Source: Folioceros fuciformis
Taxonomy: Eukaryota
NCBI GenBank assembly: GCA_049999805.1
Contig: JBNGIO010006281.1
Location: forward strand, 108,687 to 172,686
DNA: 64,000 bases
Direction: 5' to 3'
The first letter of the stretch is position 1; the number at the start of each line of letters is the position of its first letter. Both the position numbers and the translations under genes were made by a program. This document shows, one piece after another, positions 58,446-64,000 of the stretch. The notes under the pieces are model-generated. The model was not told the origin of the DNA, did not search any database, and was given only the letters and a program-made list of their open reading frames with translations.

Positions 58446-59226
58446 AAATATATTAAATAAAATACTTATAAATAAAACATGTTATAATTTATAAATAGGA
58501 TGAAAAAAAATCTTTATAATATAAAGAACTTAACGTGCTCCTTGGTGCTATATGGAGAGTAGTATGCTAACATTTTTTTAGCAGTTCAAATATTCTCACA
58601 AAGACTCATAAAATATTTAATAGACATTTTAGTCAACAAAGGTTAACATATTTGGTAGGTAGTGAGAGTAGACTTGGACTGTACCATTGCTTTGTTTAAG
58701 ATCAAGTTTACATACAAGGTTCTCATGATCTCCACTTATATAAAAGTTAAACTTATTCTTTACATTGATGGTATATTTAAATGAATTAAATATGCACAAT
58801 TGATTGGATAATGTCCTTCTTAGGTACCCCTTGCAACATGAATTGAAAAGCCTCTAGTTCAAACTACTTATTAAGTTTACATAGAGTGGTGCATACTAAG
58901 TTTACCTACTTTCCTTAACAAATCTTAGCTCATTTGTATGAAGCACGAAAAGAGAAAAGCATGTTTGGATTGGTCTCTTGTTTAGCCACCAAGCTAAAAC
59001 ACAACACATCTGTGGTGTATTATAGAGGACAAGAGGGGGCTACCCTAATTTGTTTGAAATAATAACCACAATGTTATCTATGGTGAATAGGACAAACTAG
59101 CAGCACTGCAAAACACAATCCCACTGACAAACATGCAGCCCATATCTAGCCTCATCCAAAAAAAATCTTACTACAACTTCTTTCTCACATAATGTGATTT
59201 CACAATAGTTGCTCTTAAGCCTGTGA

Positions 59227-59252
59227 AAACCCTAAACCCTAAACCCTAAAAC
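59227..59252 (+). repeat. Interstitial telomeric repeat (AAACCCT)3
   Basis: AAACCCTAAACCCTAAACCCTAAAACC. Confidence 0.85.
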
Positions 59253-60204
59253 CAACATTGTTTACCCACCACCCGTCATTGAACATCATAAAATCATAAA
59301 CATGAGGCAAAGAGATTGTGTTTTCTTTGTCATGCCATACCTCAGGGCTTTATTTGTCCCCTTTTTTAATGATTTTTCCAAAGGTGTCTACCTCCATAAG
59401 CTTTTAAGATTCTTGGAGTCCGCCCCTTTAGACATAGCATCAAACATGAAAAAGTAGTAAAACCTACTAAACAAAATCCTAAAATCTTTCTGAGTTAAGC
59501 TTCAAATTCATTTGTATTGCACACTTTCGAATGCCAACAATGTTCTTAACACTATCATCCAACACACTTACATTTCAAGCATGCTACCTCTTCTTCTGCT
59601 TCGATTAGCCATCACCTTGTCAGTTGGAGCACCCTATTATATTTTGAGTGACCATGCAAGTTTAGGGGATAGCATCTAATAGCCTAGGATAAGCTTGCGG
59701 TCTCTGCTTTTGGGATTAGGTTTAGCTCTTGGGGACTCATTTAAGTTTGTAGCACCCATTTTGGAAGACCCCTTACGTACCGGGTACTTTATGCTTTAAT
59801 GTAGATAAGAAATGCACCAAATGCATACAAGAACTCAAGAATCATTACATAAAAACGCTGAATCCAAATCTTACATTGCTGTCAATAATAGCAAAACTCA
59901 TTCCCCGGCAGCAACAAAAAAACAAGCGGGAGGGTCTTAGGATAGAAAATGAGGTGGCTTGCACTTGCCTATTTCAAACCCCCTCTATTACTATCATAGT
60001 AATAGATTTGCCCATCTGGGTTGTCTATGATTCTTCTAGATCCTTAGTAACTTACTCCAGGCTTGCCTTCATACAATTGATCCTTGCTTTCAGAGTGTTG
60101 ATTGCTGCTACCAAAGCCTATGCAGCTGTCTACACAACACCTAGTAACAATAACAGACCGTGAACCATGTCCTTCATCCTATTCGCATTGTCACTCCAAC
60201 ACTA

Positions 60205-60327
60205 GAGCCTCCTCTAGCACCAAGGTCTCCACTAAGGCAATTGTGTGGGGTCTAGGAACTTTTATGAGCCTCCTCTAGCACCAAGGTCTCCACTAAGGCA
60301 ATTGTGTGGGGTCTAGGAACTTTTATG
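60205..60327 (+). repeat. 61-bp exact tandem duplication abutting an assembly gap
   Basis: GAGCCTCCTCTAGCACC...GGAACTTTTAT twice, then Ns; may be a collapsed array or an artefact. Confidence 0.8.
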
Positions 60328-61764
60328 NNNNNNNNNNNNNNNNNNNNNNNNNNNNNNNNNNNNNNNNNNNNNNNNNNNNNNNNNNNNNNNNNNNNNNNNN
60401 NNNNNNNNNNNNNNNNNNNNNNNNNNNATCTTATTGTGCCCCCTAGCTCCCTTGCCTAGCCCTCACCCTCCTAGCCTCCATGCTAAGATCGTAGGCCCTC
60501 TAGATGTGTAACCCTTCCACCTACCTCGCAATGCCTGCCCTATAGTAACCCAGCTGCTTGCACTAGTAGCCCCATGCAACCCTTCCAACCCTCACCCGCA
60601 AAGTATAGGCCTAGTAGCCCTTACACCTTCTACAACACTCACACTCTTGCCGCTACCTTGGGCTTGTAGCTCTTGCAGTGGGCGTAGCTTGTGCTATTTT
60701 AGCAGCTCATTGCTTATTGCTCTGTGTTCATAAATCATCTTATCCGCAGCTACCTCAACTAGCAACTGTTGTAGTGTGCACCTCCCTCAACCTATAGGCC
60801 TTATAGCTCTCGTAGGGCGTTGCGCGCAGCCTATCCTATTCCTGCAACCTGACCTTGCAACTCTTATATTGTGCAACCAACCTCGCAACACTTATATTGT
60901 GCAACCCAACCTCGCAACTCCTATAGCTTGTAGCTTTTTCATTAATACCACCAAAGTGTCTGATGTGGTGCATTTGGTTAGTCTTTGACCTAAAAGCCAA
61001 AAATCACATAGGCTTGGTCCAAGCCCAAACTACAGAGGTACCTATCACTTGCGTCCATAGTGCTTCACTCAATCTTGGAGGTAGAGGCCAAGCCCCCAAG
61101 CCAGGCTATGGGGCTCATTGCTGCCTTAGTGTTGGGCCCCTTTTGACTCCATGGTGAAGTGGCCTGTATGGGTAGGACTTATGTTGAACATCAACAAAAA
61201 GGATCAAATCTAGAATATTCATAAAGATAAGAAGGAAGCCCCTTTGGTATGCCATACCAGCTCCTTTTACGTTTCACCGTTTACTATCCATCAAGTTGTT
61301 TCATACAAGAGTCTCTAGTTCACCCTTTTTCACCTCGGCATCTATTCTCATTGCTCTCATTGTGATCTGATGTCGCTTGCACCCATGAGCCGACCGGAGC
61401 TTCTGTAGATCACGGCCTTCGAATGTATCTACACTGATCCTGGGCATAACATTTTTTCCGAGAAAACCTGAAAGGAACGCGGTGCACCGCATCGGTCGAC
61501 AGCTCCTCTAGGCCTTTCTAATTTCCCTTATGATTCTTATAGGAAAGGTACACTCTGGTCACGCCCCATTGAGCGCATGCAGAAGGAATTGAGAGAAAAA
61601 GGGAACGACAAAATTGAATTTTTTGAGGAAAGAACGAGACGCGACTGGAGCCATGGTCCGTCTTCGCCATCTCCGGACTCCTACGCGGTCAGTCTTGAGC
61701 GGCTTGTGCGCATGACCATGCCAGGAAGCGTGGCATGACGGAGGCCAGTAAGGGCTGTCGACCA

Positions 61765-61833
61765 AGGGTTTAAGCATGAAGACTAGGGTTTAATCATGAA
61801 GACTAGGGTTTAAGCATCGAGACTAGGGTTTAA
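61765..61833. promoter_or_regulatory. 20-bp tandem array of four telo-boxes upstream of the SHH gene
   Basis: AGGGTTTAA at 61765, 61785, 61805 and 61825, about 130-200 bp before the ATG at 61965. Confidence 0.6.
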
Positions 61834-61964
61834 GACATATCTATAACCTCGAACGCTCGCTAGGTGGAGTTTCGAAACCTTCTCGGGTTGCAGTAGCCCT
61901 GCGTCGTGCGGGATTTGTGTGAAGCAGGCTACAGGCGCGCGCCGGATTGCAAACTTGTGCAAGG

Positions 61965-63550
61965 ATGGGGAGACCTCCAGGTGGTCCTGTTTTCAGGTTC
62001 ACGCAGAGAGAGGTAATTCCCTGGCATGTTGCATGTGTGAGATTTGTCCGGAAAGAAGCCTCGAAGAACGTCTTCTTTGTGTTGTTTGCGGCAGATTGAT
62101 GAGATGAAAAAGGCCCTGGTTGAATCTGGTGGCGCTACGCCCTCAACGGACGTTATAGCAAGCCTCCAACAGTCCTTCAAGTATGCCCTTATAATGCAGC
62201 ACGTTGTAAGCTTTGGGCGGAGTTTTCTCTCATCTTAGAGTTAGCTCAGTTGGCTCTCACGTTAGATTAAGCTCACATTTGGCATTTCTCAGTTTTTCCG
62301 ATGAGCGATTGGGGCATAAGGAGATCACGCACAAGCAGGTAACTTCTGTGTAGCACGAAAGGATGGGCTTCTGATCCTTTTTCCCGGGTGAATTCTTTTT
62401 GTGGACAAGTATGTTCTCAGCTAAAATCTCACTTTTCCTGTAGGTGTGGAATTGGTTTCAAAACAGAAGGCAGCAACAGAAAAACAAAATCTCAAAGATG
62501 TCCGAGAAATTGGGTCATGAACACACTCCTTCTCCAGGTCCTGGGAGACCACCAAAGAACCCTCATACCATCCCTGCAGGTAACTTCTTTTGTCATCCGG
62601 GCATATTTGACCTGGTTACGAAACGTTTGCTCATTGCATTTTTCGCTTACCAAGCACTGGCCATTCTATGGGGCTTCAGTGAGAAAGCCAGATGGACAAC
62701 CTATGGAGTTTGAAGCTAAATCTATCAGAGATGGTGCATGGTATGCTCACTTGGGGGGGAGCCGACTTTTGTGTTTCTGACGCTGAACAGTTCTTAATGT
62801 TGCCCATTCGTCTCACCAAGCTTGTTACTGAATCCAGGTATGACGTTTCGGAGTTCATCTCGCACAAGCTTTTAGAAACTGGTGAGCCGGTATGTTGGCG
62901 GCAATCCACTTGAATGAATCAGTTGGATCGAAGGTACAAGTTAAGCCAGAAAGCTTTGAGAAACTCCTTATCTCTGTCATCTGCAGGAGGTGAGAGTCAG
63001 GTACTCTGGATTTGAGGCCGAAGAAGATGAATGGGTTGATTTGAAAACATCGGTACGGCAGCGATCCCTACCTTGCGAAGCCACTGAGTGTGTAGCTGTC
63101 CTTCAAAACGACCTAGTCCTTTGTTTTCAGGTACGGGCTACCATGATGTTCACACAGGGAATCAGAGACAGTGAAAGGAGGCTGCAGGTGAAATCGTTCT
63201 CATCTGAACGTGCACATACCACTTTAAAATGTAGCAGGAGGGTCTAGACCAGGCTATGTACTTCGACGCTGATGTTTTGGAAGTCTCGAGAAGGAGGCAC
63301 GATGCTCGTGGCTGTCGGTGCAGGTTCTGGGTGCGTTATCGGCACGATCAGTCGGAGGTATGGAAATGTTGGATGCATCTGTCGAGATACTCTTGACAGA
63401 GTTGTATGATTTCGAGCTCATGGCCCTCCTCGCTGTTGACAGGAGATCGTCCCTCTGCGAAAGGTGTGCAGAAGACCGGAAACAGAACACAGGTTAAGTC
63501 AAGTGACGAGGAAAATTGTTCTACCTGATGGATCAGTCGCAGACAATTAA
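61965..63550 (+). CDS. SHH: SAWADEE homeodomain homolog (SHH1/SHH2 family, RdDM-associated chromatin reader), multi-exon
   Basis: [43 protein letters not shown]...[40 protein letters not shown]. The 3' end assumes no further intron. Confidence 0.93.
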
Positions 63551-63682
63551 TCGAGCCTTTCCCAGAGGGCCAATTAAACGCCAGAGTCTTGTTATAGCGT
63601 CAGCTCAAGTCTGGTTTCAGGACTCCGACATTCATACTTAATATTTGTTTAATTGTTTAGTCTTCCTATGTAGATGTACAAG

Positions 63683-64000
63683 TCATGATGCGGCCGAACC
63701 CTTTTCTCTTGAGATGACGCGGTCCATATTCACCACTCGCGTCTGCACCATGTGGAGCGTGTCGCTGAGTGACAGGATTCTCTTCCGGATGCTGCTTAGC
63801 CTACTGGTAGGCTGTGGTAGCAAAGGCATGGGCGTCATTTCCAACAGCTTGTCCAATTCTTTTCACAGAAACGCGTTACTATTAGTAACGTCATGAAAAA
63901 GTGAGGGTCATGAAAAAGGGAGGGAGTGTAAGGGCTGAAACGCGCAGCTTAGATCAGCAGCAAGCTGCCCTTACCACCGGTGAGCCGGTCGATGCTCGCA
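63683..64000 (-). CDS. SNAPIN: SNAPIN (BLOC-1/BORC subunit) homolog, last two exons; gene continues beyond the window
   Basis: Spliced translation ASIDRLTG|ELDKLLEMTPMPLLPQPTSRLSSIRKRILSLSDTLHMVQTRVVNMDRVI...*, with a GTAAG donor at ~63974. It resembles the plant SNAPIN C-terminus as recalled; not in the ORF track. Confidence 0.8.

Overview
Eukaryotic land-plant nuclear DNA: GT-AG introns of about 80-150 bp, TTTAGGG telomere motifs and chloroplast-import genes. The compact gene spacing is compatible with a seed-free plant such as a hornwort (inference only). Layout: (1) 1.6-5.3 kb, a decayed REL-endonuclease (CRE-like) non-LTR retrotransposon next to an (AAT)n tract and a telomere-motif minisatellite. 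(2) 5.6-11 kb, no recognisable gene. (3) 11-34 kb, a dense gene block: At1g75140-like membrane protein, OGG1, F-box/kelch, a full-size ABCG, LdpA-like Fe-S protein, nitronate monooxygenase, PWP1 and a small LEA-like protein. (4) 36-52.4 kb, two intact TOC34 paralogs in inverted orientation separated by Copia LTR retrotransposons. (5) 52.6-56 kb, rearranged and repeat DNA. (6) An AT-rich LEA_2 gene, a SAWADEE-homeodomain gene and the 3' end of a SNAPIN gene. The most notable observation is the ABCG: it carries a spliced, in-frame PDZ-like domain between NBD1 and TMD1 and has degenerate motifs at both composite ATP sites. Other highlights are a Copia with apparent AG...CT LTR termini, a telomere-repeat-scarred inverted duplication beside TOC34-B and a pre-miRNA-like hairpin. 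All calls were made by eye, with no database searches.
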